A stretch of DNA of 57,718 nucleotides from a virus (Duplodnaviria > Caudoviricetes). Positions 32,425-41,303 of the stretch are shown piece by piece. The first letter of the stretch is position 1; every line of letters starts with the position of its first letter. The position numbers and the translations under genes are program-made. The DNA lies in the IMG/VR virus record IMGVR_UViG_3300025769_000008, positions 1 to 57,718 of that record; one strand, written 5' to 3'. The notes beneath the pieces are model-generated. The model saw nothing but the letters and a program-made list of their open reading frames with translations. It did not search any database and was not told the origin of the DNA.

Positions 32425-35400
32425 ATGGCAAGCACATACGTAAATAACTTAAGACTCAACGAAATGGCGACAGGTGATGCGTCAGGAACTTGGGGTACAG
32501 TTACAAATACAAATTTAGAGTTGATTGGTGAAGCATTTGGTTACAATACGCAAGATTGCTTTAGTTCTGACGCAGACGCTACTACAACTGTAGCAGACGG
32601 AGCTACTGATCCAGCTAGAGCCTTCTATTTTAAGGTTACTTCATCAGCTACTTTAAGTGCTACAAGAACACTTACTATTGCCCCTAATACTGTATCCAGG
32701 GTAATGGTTATTGAGAACGCAACTACAGGTTCGCAATCTATTAACATTTCTCAAGGTTCAGGTGCTAACGTAACAATAACTACAGGGCAAGTTAGAGTTG
32801 TATACCTAGATGGTGCTGGTTCAGGTGCTGCGGTAGTAGACTCGTTTACAGATTTAGGTTTGTCAGGAACAACCACAACAGCTGCACTAACTGTTAGTGG
32901 AAACTTATCCGTAGACGGCGGAACAATCAAACTAGACGGAAACTATCCTACTGGCACAGGTAACGTAGCTTTGGGTGATACTGCACTAGGTGATGGGTCG
33001 TTGAGTGGTGCTAATAATACTGCTGTAGGTAATGCAGTATTATCATCTAATACATCAGGTAATCAAAATACTGGTGTTGGCTACAATTCATTAGCTGACT
33101 GTACTACTGCTACTGCAAGTACAGCAATTGGTACTGGCTCATTAAAAGGAGTGACCACAGGCGCAAACAATACAGGTCTTGGTTATCATGCAGGTAATGA
33201 TATTACTACAGGAGCAAAAAATACTTTTGTAGGTTCTCTGTCTGGTGATGCAACTACAACAGCAGACGATAATACGGGGATAGGTGTTAGTGCTTTAGGA
33301 GCAAATACCACAGGCGCTTCAAATACTGCGGTAGGAAGTTCTGCGTTACAAAATAATACGACAGCTTCAAACAATACAGCAATTGGTTTTACAGCTTTAT
33401 TAGCAAACACTACAGGGGAATACAACACAGCAGTTGGTTCTTTATCATCAGATTCAATTACCACAGGAAGTCTTAACACAGCTATTGGGTACTACACTTT
33501 AGCAGCAGCTACAACAGCATCAAACAATACTGCTCTAGGTGGTCAAGCATTGGCAGTTAATACATCTGGTTCTAGCAATACAGCAGTTGGAATGAACTCT
33601 TTGGTAGCAAACACTACAGGTGGTTCAAACGTAGCAGTAGGCGCAACTGCCTTAGATGCAAATACGACTGCATCAGGTAATAATGCGGTTGGAATGGCAG
33701 CTTTAGGAGCAAACACTACAGGTGCTTCAAATGTTGCAATGGGGCAACAATCCTTAACAACAAACACTACAGGTAGTAATAACACAGCCATAGGTCACGT
33801 TGCTCTCGGAGATAATACAACAGCATCTGACAATACTGCTATGGGTTATCTTGCTTTAAATGCAAACCAAACAGGAGACAGAAATACTGCTGTAGGCTCA
33901 ACTGCCCTTGATGCTTTAACAGCGGCAAACTACAACGTAGCTGTTGGTTGGACATCACTTGGAGCAACTACAACAGGTGCTAATAATGTTGCATTGGGTT
34001 CGTTTGCTCTTCAGACTAATACTACTGCAAATAATAATGTTGCTGTAGGATATGCAGCTCTTCAGGCTAACGCTACAGGAACACAAAACACAGCAATTGG
34101 ACACGAGTCTTTGTATAACAGCACAGTAAACGATAACACAGCAGTTGGCTATCATGCTATGAGAGCTACCACTACTGGAAGAATTAATGCTGCTTTTGGA
34201 TATAACGCTTTAGGTTCTAATACAACAGGTGGAGATAATACTGCTGTTGGTGGTGCGTCTTTAGATGCAAATACTACGGGTAGTTCTAATACAGGAGTAG
34301 GCTACGCAACTTTATCAGCAAATACAACAGCAAGTAATAACACCGCAGTTGGTCATTTGGCTTTGCTTAATAACACTACAGGGACAGAAAACGTGGCTGT
34401 TGGTGCTTTAGCGGGGGATGCAATTACAACTGGTTCTTACAGTACGGCTATAGGTTATATAGCTTTATCTGCCGCTACTACAGCCAGCGATAATACAGCC
34501 GTAGGTCGTGAGGCTTTAAGAGATACAACATCAGGTGATGATAACGTAGCCGTAGGTAAAGAAGCTGGAAAACTTAATACAACAGGGTCAGGCAATACGG
34601 CAGTTGGTAATCATGCTTTCAATGTAAATACAACAGGTTCTAATAATACCGCCATTGGCTCTAGTGCTTTAGACGCTAACACTACAGCAAGCGATAACAC
34701 AGCAGTAGGTAATGCGGCACTAGGATCAAACACTACAGGAGCAGACAATACTGCTGTGGGTAAAAGTGCTTTAACGGGCAATACTTCTGGTAGTTTCAAT
34801 ACGGCTGTAGGTTATCAGGCTATGTCTACATCAAGTGCGGGTCCTGCACGAAATGTTGCTGTGGGTTATCAGGCGGGTACGGCACTTACAAATGGTGCGT
34901 ATAATACTTTTGTAGGAATGTTTGCAGGTAATGATGCAACGACCGCGGGAGGATGTCTAGCTATTGGATATAACATGGGAGTCACAGCGGGAGGTTCAGT
35001 AAGAGGAGCTATTGGTTATAACAATGGCTCAACAGGAACAGCAGATTATGCCATAACCTTTGGTAGAAGTGGTACTGACTGGTCAAGACTTTCTTATGGG
35101 GGTTCTAGTTTTACTACTGGTTCTGATGAACGCAAGAAAAAAGATATTACAGACCATCCGCTAGGTTTAGATTTTATTAATCAATTAAGAACTGTTAATT
35201 ATCATTTTAAAGCCCCTTGTGATGTTCCTGAAGAATGGGATACCCATAAAGCATCTGAAAAAGAAGCAAAAATAACCACATGGCAAACAGGTATGTTGGC
35301 ACAAGATGTTAAAGCAGCACTTGACAATCTTGGCGTTGATGCTGAGAAATTTAATGGTTGGGGTCAAGAACCTGATGGTATGCAAACACTAGATTATGGT

Positions 35401-35493
35401 CAATTTGTTATGCCACTTGTAAAAGCAGTAAAAGAACTTTCTGCTAAACTTACAGCAGCAGAAGCAAGAATAACAACTTTAGAAGGAGAATAA
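32425..35493 (+). CDS. Tail fibre with ~17-aa repeats and C-terminal intramolecular chaperone (peptidase S74-like)
   Basis: GTWGTVTNTN N-terminus, dozens of NTAVGxxALxxNTTG repeats, SDERKK autocleavage motif and C-terminal LVKAVKEL coil. Confidence 0.88.
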   Translation: MASTYVNNLRLNEMATGDASGTWGTVTNTNLELIGEAFGYNTQDCFSSDADATTTVADGATDPARAFYFKVTSSATLSATRTLTIAPNTVSRVMVIENATTGSQSINISQGSGANVTITTGQVRVVYLDGAGSGAAVVDSFTDLGLSGTTTTAALTVSGNLSVDGGTIKLDGNYPTGTGNVALGDTALGDGSLSGANNTAVGNAVLSSNTSGNQNTGVGYNSLADCTTATASTAIGTGSLKGVTTGANNTGLGYHAGNDITTGAKNTFVGSLSGDATTTADDNTGIGVSALGANTTGASNTAVGSSALQNNTTASNNTAIGFTALLANTTGEYNTAVGSLSSDSITTGSLNTAIGYYTLAAATTASNNTALGGQALAVNTSGSSNTAVGMNSLVANTTGGSNVAVGATALDANTTASGNNAVGMAALGANTTGASNVAMGQQSLTTNTTGSNNTAIGHVALGDNTTASDNTAMGYLALNANQTGDRNTAVGSTALDALTAANYNVAVGWTSLGATTTGANNVALGSFALQTNTTANNNVAVGYAALQANATGTQNTAIGHESLYNSTVNDNTAVGYHAMRATTTGRINAAFGYNALGSNTTGGDNTAVGGASLDANTTGSSNTGVGYATLSANTTASNNTAVGHLALLNNTTGTENVAVGALAGDAITTGSYSTAIGYIALSAATTASDNTAVGREALRDTTSGDDNVAVGKEAGKLNTTGSGNTAVGNHAFNVNTTGSNNTAIGSSALDANTTASDNTAVGNAALGSNTTGADNTAVGKSALTGNTSGSFNTAVGYQAMSTSSAGPARNVAVGYQAGTALTNGAYNTFVGMFAGNDATTAGGCLAIGYNMGVTAGGSVRGAIGYNNGSTGTADYAITFGRSGTDWSRLSYGGSSFTTGSDERKKKDITDHPLGLDFINQLRTVNYHFKAPCDVPEEWDTHKASEKEAKITTWQTGMLAQDVKAALDNLGVDAEKFNGWGQEPDGMQTLDYGQFVMPLVKAVKELSAKLTAAEARITTLEGE

Positions 35494-35494
35494 T

Positions 35495-35818
35495 ATGGCT
35501 CAAACAGTAGCACAAGTATTAACAGCAGCAACTGACAGCGTGACAGTTATTAATGATATTAATACTAATGGCAATAAATCACTTCATGCAGGTGGTACAA
35601 CTGACGCAGACGGAAACGCTGTAGCAGGTGATTGGTCACAAGCAGATATAAATGAAAAAGTACAACGTAATGTTGACCACTTAGAAACTATCTTGGCTTA
35701 CGAACCTGTTGATTCAGATGACGATACACCTAACGTGGTTGGTTCATCTTCAAGCAAGAAAACTGCTTGTAGTACCGCTATAACTACAGGTAAAGCTTAC
35801 ATATCAGCTAATTCATAA
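35495..35818 (+). CDS. Hypothetical protein (possible fibre-associated)
   Basis: GGAG RBS; follows the tail fibre. Confidence 0.7.
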   Translation: MAQTVAQVLTAATDSVTVINDINTNGNKSLHAGGTTDADGNAVAGDWSQADINEKVQRNVDHLETILAYEPVDSDDDTPNVVGSSSSKKTACSTAITTGKAYISANS

Positions 35819-35827
35819 GGAGTAAAA

Positions 35828-36073
35828 ATGACTGAAGAGAAAGCAGTAGAAACAACTGAAACTACAGAACAACCTGTAGACCCACAACTACAACAAAGAA
35901 TCGCTTATACAGAAACTTTGCAACAAGAAATTAAAAATCTTCAAGAGCAAATGGCACAACTACAATATCAATTAGATATTAGAGTTACAGCTTTAGTTGG
36001 TTATCAAAGCACTTTAGAAGTTATAGACGAATCTGAAGAAGAAATTAAATTAAATGGAGAAGGAGAAAAGTAA
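35828..36073 (+). CDS. Small coiled-coil protein
   Basis: AGGAG RBS. Confidence 0.7.
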   Translation: MTEEKAVETTETTEQPVDPQLQQRIAYTETLQQEIKNLQEQMAQLQYQLDIRVTALVGYQSTLEVIDESEEEIKLNGEGEK

Positions 36074-36270
36074 TGGATACATTAATGAGTCTTGTGCAAT
36101 GGATTACTACAATAGTAACAGTTGCTTCTATAATAGCTGCATCTACACCTACACCTAAAGATGATGAATGGATTGGTAAGCTATATAAACTTATTGATTT
36201 ATTAGCCGTAAATATAGGTAAAGCTAAACAACAAGCACCTGTAGTTGAATCTAAAGATGGCGACAGCTAA
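36073..36270 (+). CDS. Putative holin-like membrane protein
   Basis: Hydrophobic helix followed by TPTPKDD..IGKLYK..LLAVN. Confidence 0.55.
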   Translation: MDTLMSLVQWITTIVTVASIIAASTPTPKDDEWIGKLYKLIDLLAVNIGKAKQQAPVVESKDGDS

Positions 36271-36442
36271 AGATGCTTTAAATGCGATTGAGTCGCATGA
36301 AAAAGAATGTAAATTAATTTATAAAAGCATAGATGCTAGACTAGAAGCTGGTTCTAAAAGATTTGATAAATTAGAAGCTATACTATGGGGTGTATATCCT
36401 TTTATATTGGCAACAATAATAGCATCAAGGTTTTTAGGATGA
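36257..36442 (+). CDS. Small coiled-coil protein with C-terminal TM helix (holin-like)
   Basis: HEKEC..Y..I..RL..GSKRFDKLE followed by a TM segment. Confidence 0.55.
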   Translation: MATAKDALNAIESHEKECKLIYKSIDARLEAGSKRFDKLEAILWGVYPFILATIIASRFLG

Positions 36443-36627
36443 GTAGATCAAAAAAGTCAAAATCAAGGGTTAATGAGGCAGGTAACTATACAAAACCTGC
36501 TATGCGTAAACGTCAATTCCAAAGAATAAAAGCTGGATCAAAAGGCGGAAAAGCAGGACAATGGAGTGCAAGGAAAGCACAAATGTTAGCAAAAGCATAT
36601 AAAGACGCTGGTGGTGGATATAAATAG
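36439..36627 (+). CDS. Small basic phage protein
   Basis: GNYTKP...GQWSARKAQMLAKAYK..GGGYK motif. Confidence 0.7.
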   Translation: MSRSKKSKSRVNEAGNYTKPAMRKRQFQRIKAGSKGGKAGQWSARKAQMLAKAYKDAGGGYK

Positions 36628-37316
36628 TGTCCTATTTAATCAGCAATATACCTCAGTTTAAATGCTGGGTTAGAAAAGAATTTACTTGTAATCATCAAAG
36701 ATATCACGGGGAATTTATTCATGCACTAGCTATTGCTGTTAATACTATTCCAGATAGATCATTAAGTTTTCAAGTAGTTTTTACTGGTTGTGAAATAGAT
36801 AACTATGAAGATATGCCTAATGTACATGGTGGTGCTATGTGGGCAAGAATGCCAATACAAGCCTTAGTTGCTGATATACCTGTAGAAGAGTGGGCTTTAC
36901 CAATGGAAGATCATTTAGCTCAACCTTGGGATTGTGAATCAAGAGATCACTCAGTAGTTGTAATGGATAGGGTAAGTTCTAGTCCTTGGATTTGTAAAAT
37001 TAATAATGAATTTTATCAAGGCAAGTATTTGTTTACTGTAGATTACACAAATAATTCTATTGCAGATGATCCAGCACAACACAAACAATCTCATGTTTTA
37101 TATATAACAGAAGATTGCGAATGGAAAGGTAATTTAGTTGCATTACCAAATAACAGAGTTAGAGCAACAAGTCCTGCATTATGGAGAACTGGAGAAGGTG
37201 CTCCTGATTTTGCACCATCACAACATATACATTCAGCAGAAGGACATGAAAGTTATTTAGACCCTTTAATTACATTTAACAATTTGTATAGCGAAGGTTT
37301 AAACGAGGAAGACTAA
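36627..37316 (+). CDS. Hypothetical phage protein
   Basis: 229-aa ORF with GTG start; GGAMWARMPI, QPWDC and QHKQSHV motifs. Confidence 0.75.
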   Translation: MSYLISNIPQFKCWVRKEFTCNHQRYHGEFIHALAIAVNTIPDRSLSFQVVFTGCEIDNYEDMPNVHGGAMWARMPIQALVADIPVEEWALPMEDHLAQPWDCESRDHSVVVMDRVSSSPWICKINNEFYQGKYLFTVDYTNNSIADDPAQHKQSHVLYITEDCEWKGNLVALPNNRVRATSPALWRTGEGAPDFAPSQHIHSAEGHESYLDPLITFNNLYSEGLNEED

Positions 37317-37555
37317 TGCCATTAAAAAAATCACAAAGAAGTTTAAAAAATTGGACTAATCAAAAATGGCGAACAAAGTCAGGAAAAAAATCTTCTGAAA
37401 CAGGAGAAAGATATTTACCTGAAAAAGCCATAAAAGCTATGTCTAGTTCTGAATATGCAGCTACTACTAGAAAAAAAAGAGCTGATACAAAAAAAGGTAA
37501 ACAATTTTCTAAGCAACCTAAAAAGGCTGCAAAAATATCAAAGAGGTATAGGTAA
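37316..37555 (+). CDS. Small basic phage protein
   Basis: SLKNWTNQKWRTKSGK..TGERYLP motif. Confidence 0.7.
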   Translation: MPLKKSQRSLKNWTNQKWRTKSGKKSSETGERYLPEKAIKAMSSSEYAATTRKKRADTKKGKQFSKQPKKAAKISKRYR

Positions 37556-37977
37556 TGTATGAATACGCTTGTAAAGTTGAAAGAGTCGTTGATGGTGATA
37601 CTGTTGACGTTGTGTTGGACCTTGGGTTCGATATTCTTTATAAGTCTCGTGTTCGTTTATATGGCATTGATACTCCCGAGTCACGCACTCGTAACAAAGA
37701 TGAGAAGGCTAGAGGAAAAATGGCTGCGTCTTTTTTAGAAGATGCTATTAATAATGGTAAGCAAGTAGTAATACAAACAAAATTAAAAGATTCTAGAGGT
37801 AAATTTGGTAGAGTTTTGGGTGATGTTGTTGTTGATGGAATAAATATTAACCAGTCAATGATAGATAATTATCATGCTGTTGCCTATTTTGGACAAAGCA
37901 AAGAAGCAATAGAAGCAGTACATCAATCTAATAGAACTAGACTTATAGAACTTGGAAAGTTTAGTCCAGTAAAATAA
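37555..37977 (+). CDS. Thermonuclease (SNase-like)
   Basis: RVVDGDT, RVRLYGIDTPE and GKFGRVLG motifs. Confidence 0.85.
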   Translation: MYEYACKVERVVDGDTVDVVLDLGFDILYKSRVRLYGIDTPESRTRNKDEKARGKMAASFLEDAINNGKQVVIQTKLKDSRGKFGRVLGDVVVDGININQSMIDNYHAVAYFGQSKEAIEAVHQSNRTRLIELGKFSPVK

Positions 37978-38327
37978 TGGAACAAGCAATCCAATTTATT
38001 AATGAAGTAGGTTTTCCAATAGCTGCTGCATTAGGACTAGGTTTTTTTATATGGAAGCTGATTAATAGAATTATTGACGGCATGGAAACTAAACTTGATG
38101 TGTTAGATGATAAGGTAGCAGATCAAATAGCACAAATGGAAGAGAGACTAGGTACTAAGTTAGATTCACAGCATGGTATTTTAGTTGCTTTAATTGATAG
38201 AGTAAGGTCATTAGATAACGAAATTATTAGACAAGATACACTTATAAAAACAATACTAGGTGTACCTCAACTAATAGATAGCAATAAAATCGCTAAAGCT
38301 GATCGTGATGATCAGAGGAAGGATTAA
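37977..38327 (+). CDS. Membrane protein with coiled coil (holin-like)
   Basis: VGFPIAAALGLGFFIW TM segment followed by a coiled coil. Confidence 0.55.
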   Translation: MEQAIQFINEVGFPIAAALGLGFFIWKLINRIIDGMETKLDVLDDKVADQIAQMEERLGTKLDSQHGILVALIDRVRSLDNEIIRQDTLIKTILGVPQLIDSNKIAKADRDDQRKD

Positions 38328-38789
38328 ATGCACATAGATAATTTAATAGCAATTATAGCTATTGTTTTTTTTACTTTACTTGTATCTTTAACAGTAGAAG
38401 CAGATCAAATAGTTCATAAATTTAAATCACCAAGTTTTAGCGGTGAAGCTACATCTAGTCATTATTTAACTATTGAAAATCAAGAACACAGCAGAAAGCT
38501 TACAATTAAAGAAGAAATAAAAGCTTTGCAAGATGAAATAGAAAGAGAAAAAGAAAATTCTACTTTAGCAAGGTTTATGCGTAATTTAGAGTCAAGAGTT
38601 TACGCAGAGCTTTCTAGACAATTAGTTAATAATTTATTTGGTGAAACACCACAAAGCGAAGGAATAATAACATTAGAAGGAAACATCATTGAATATACAA
38701 GTGATGGTGTAACTCTTACTTTAAAAATAACAGAAGCAGATGGAACAGTTACGGAAATTACCATACCTATCGGTACTTTTACTTTCTAG
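38328..38789 (+). CDS. csgF: Curli assembly protein CsgF-like
   Basis: Signal peptide, then IVHKFKSPSFSG (CsgF F.NP.FGG), F..NLESRVYAELSRQL and G.VTEITIP. Confidence 0.8.
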   Translation: MHIDNLIAIIAIVFFTLLVSLTVEADQIVHKFKSPSFSGEATSSHYLTIENQEHSRKLTIKEEIKALQDEIEREKENSTLARFMRNLESRVYAELSRQLVNNLFGETPQSEGIITLEGNIIEYTSDGVTLTLKITEADGTVTEITIPIGTFTF

Positions 38790-39612
38790 TTGTTCTATAT
38801 TCCAACAGTTTGAAGATACTTATGAACAAAGGTTTCAGGACAAAAATATTGTTACAATATCTGAATTGCAATCAAAAGAACTTGCAAATGTAGCTAAACC
38901 TTTGGTACAACCAGTAGTAGCTGTTTATCCTACTGCATTTACAGATCAAACAGGACAAAGAAAAAGCAATAGTGAGTTTGCTTTATTTAGTACAGCTATA
39001 ACACAACAACCTAGTGCATTATTAATTAGAGCTTTAAAACACGCTAGTAATGGTCAATTTTTTAGAGTTGTTGAAAGAGTAGGTTTAGATAATTTAACAA
39101 AAGAAAGACAACTTATAAGGTCGGCAAGAGAGCAATTGTCTGATGAAGAAGAACATAAAAAAACTCTACGACCTTTATTGTTTGCAGGGGTTTTAATAGA
39201 AGGTGCTGTAATTTCTTATGAAAGCAATCTTTCTACAGGTGGTACGGGGGCTAGATATTTAGGTATAGGCTCTAGTATTCAATATAGAGAGGATAGTGTA
39301 ACAGTATCTTTGCGTATGGTTTCGGTGGCAACAGGAGAAATACTTATAGAAGTAATGACTGAAAAAACAATTTTTAGTTATGGAAAATCTGAAGATGTAT
39401 TTCGTTTTATAGAAATGGGAACAGAACTTGTAGAAATAGAATTAGGTAATTCTAGAAATGAGTCCTCTACCATAGCTTTAATGAAAGCTATTGAAAGTGC
39501 TGTACTAGAATTAATAAATGTCGGATACGACAGGAGTTTTTGGAAACATGAAGAAGTTGAAATTAATAAGCCTGATTGCGATGCTGATTGCATTGCCAAT
39601 ATACGGGGCTGA
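38740..39612 (+). CDS. csgG: Curli secretion pore CsgG-like lipoprotein
   Basis: Lipobox LSSC; VAVY..FTDQTGQRK, FSTAITQ, FRVVERVGLDNLTKERQLIR, GGTGARYLGIG and VTVSLRMVSVATGEIL. Confidence 0.9.
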   Translation: MEQLRKLPYLSVLLLSSCSIFQQFEDTYEQRFQDKNIVTISELQSKELANVAKPLVQPVVAVYPTAFTDQTGQRKSNSEFALFSTAITQQPSALLIRALKHASNGQFFRVVERVGLDNLTKERQLIRSAREQLSDEEEHKKTLRPLLFAGVLIEGAVISYESNLSTGGTGARYLGIGSSIQYREDSVTVSLRMVSVATGEILIEVMTEKTIFSYGKSEDVFRFIEMGTELVEIELGNSRNESSTIALMKAIESAVLELINVGYDRSFWKHEEVEINKPDCDADCIANIRG

Positions 39613-40279
39613 TAACGAAATATATATTGATCAGTCAGGAACTGGTGCAAATATAGATTTAGAACAATTAGGTATTTCTAATATTATTGGAGGTTCTGAT
39701 GCGTCAGCAGGTAACATGACTGCTTTAGACCTAGATGGTAATTCAATGACATTGGATATAAACATGATAGGCGGAACAAATAAATTTTTAGGAGATATTT
39801 GGGCTGATAATTTTACTGGGTTTTATGAATTTACTGGAGGAAGCAATACTTTTAATATACAAGTTGATCCTTCAAATACTTATGGAGCAGATGATTCTGA
39901 TCAAAATGTACAAGTAACAGGAAGTTCTAATACATTTACTTTAAATCAAGCAACAACTGCTTTAGCTGATAGTTTAAATTTAGATTGGATAATACAAGGT
40001 TCTAACAATACTATTACATCAACTATTAATATTGATAATGCTACTAATTACATGGATATAGATGGTTCTGATAATACTTTGACCTATGTAGGTACTGGTG
40101 TTACAGCTTCTGCTGGTGGTTATTTTTACTTAGATCATACAGGAGGATCAAGAACTTTTAATATTCAACAATTAAGTACACAAGATAATGATTGGCTCAA
40201 AATTTTATCTACAAGCGGTACTTCTGCTTCTACTGTTTGTGTCATTCAAAACGACCAAGGTACAAGCACAAGTTGCTGA
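39548..40279 (+). CDS. Secreted curlin-like repeat protein
   Basis: Signal peptide, DNEIYIDQSG N-terminus and repeated xQxGxxN / GxxNT beta-strand units; adjacent to csgG. Confidence 0.65.
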   Translation: MKKLKLISLIAMLIALPIYGADNEIYIDQSGTGANIDLEQLGISNIIGGSDASAGNMTALDLDGNSMTLDINMIGGTNKFLGDIWADNFTGFYEFTGGSNTFNIQVDPSNTYGADDSDQNVQVTGSSNTFTLNQATTALADSLNLDWIIQGSNNTITSTINIDNATNYMDIDGSDNTLTYVGTGVTASAGGYFYLDHTGGSRTFNIQQLSTQDNDWLKILSTSGTSASTVCVIQNDQGTSTSC

Positions 40280-41303
40280 TATAGGAGATATATCTGAACT
40301 TAATGGTTTTGCTCAAATAGTTAGAGATAAACCATATGTAGCTAATTTAGATTTTGCAATACAAAGTAATGATGAAGCCATAACTACAAATGGAAGAATG
40401 GCTATTACTTTTTTAGATGATAGCAAGGTAAAACTTACAGAACATTCACAATTAATTATTGATGAATATATTTATGATCCTGATCCTAGTAAAGCCAAAA
40501 TGGCTCTTACATTTGGTTTAGGTACAGCTCGTTTTATAACTGGCAATCTTAATCGTATAGATAAACAAAACATAAGTCTTAAAACACCTACTGCTGATAT
40601 CGCTATAAGAGGAACGGATTTTACAGCTACAGTAGATGAATTAGGTCGTAGTTTAATAATACTGCTTCCAGACCCATTTGGGCTTTCTAGTGGCGAAATA
40701 GAAGTTGTGACTGCTATGGGTACTGTAATACTAAATAAGCCCTACGAAGCGACTACAGTAAGCGTATTTGAGTCTGCACCAAGTAAACCTGTTATTTTAG
40801 ATTTAACATTAAATCAAATAGATAATATGTTAATTGTTACTCCTCCCAAAAAAGAAGCAGTTATTGAAGAACAAATAGTCACTAAAAAAGCAAATATATT
40901 AGATTTTAATGATTTAGATATAGATTATTTAGCAGAAGATTTATTGGCTGAAGATGATTTAGAATTTAATGAATTAGATATAAATTATTTAGATGTTAAT
41001 TTTTTAGAAGATTTACTTAATGTTTTAGATGCTTTAGCAATAGAAGAAGAGGAAGATCAATTAGCACAAGCTACAAGCACACAAATAACAGGTACATTAT
41101 TAGGTAGAGACCCTGATACACAAATTACAACATTAATAACAGGTAATGTTATAAGTATGAGAAGAAGCATAAATGAATCTGTAAGAATAGATTTAGATGC
41201 CAGTAATTCTTATACAGTTATATTTATACAGGATGGAGTTTCTAATGTAGTTAAAGTAAATGGTGGTAGTGATTCAACAATAACTATAACTCAGAGTGAT
41301 TAA
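40188..41303 (+). CDS. FecR-domain periplasmic protein
   Basis: Signal peptide; ITFLDDSKVKLTEHS, GTARFITG and KTPTADIAIRGTDF FecR-domain motifs. Confidence 0.8.
   Translation: MIGSKFYLQAVLLLLLFVSFKTTKVQAQVADIGDISELNGFAQIVRDKPYVANLDFAIQSNDEAITTNGRMAITFLDDSKVKLTEHSQLIIDEYIYDPDPSKAKMALTFGLGTARFITGNLNRIDKQNISLKTPTADIAIRGTDFTATVDELGRSLIILLPDPFGLSSGEIEVVTAMGTVILNKPYEATTVSVFESAPSKPVILDLTLNQIDNMLIVTPPKKEAVIEEQIVTKKANILDFNDLDIDYLAEDLLAEDDLEFNELDINYLDVNFLEDLLNVLDALAIEEEEDQLAQATSTQITGTLLGRDPDTQITTLITGNVISMRRSINESVRIDLDASNSYTVIFIQDGVSNVVKVNGGSDSTITITQSD

Noticed and set aside
32950-35030. Tail-fibre repeats as a DGR target or DNA repeat array
   Set aside because: The repeats are conserved at protein level with divergent codons; there is no reverse transcriptase and no adenine-specific template/variable pair.
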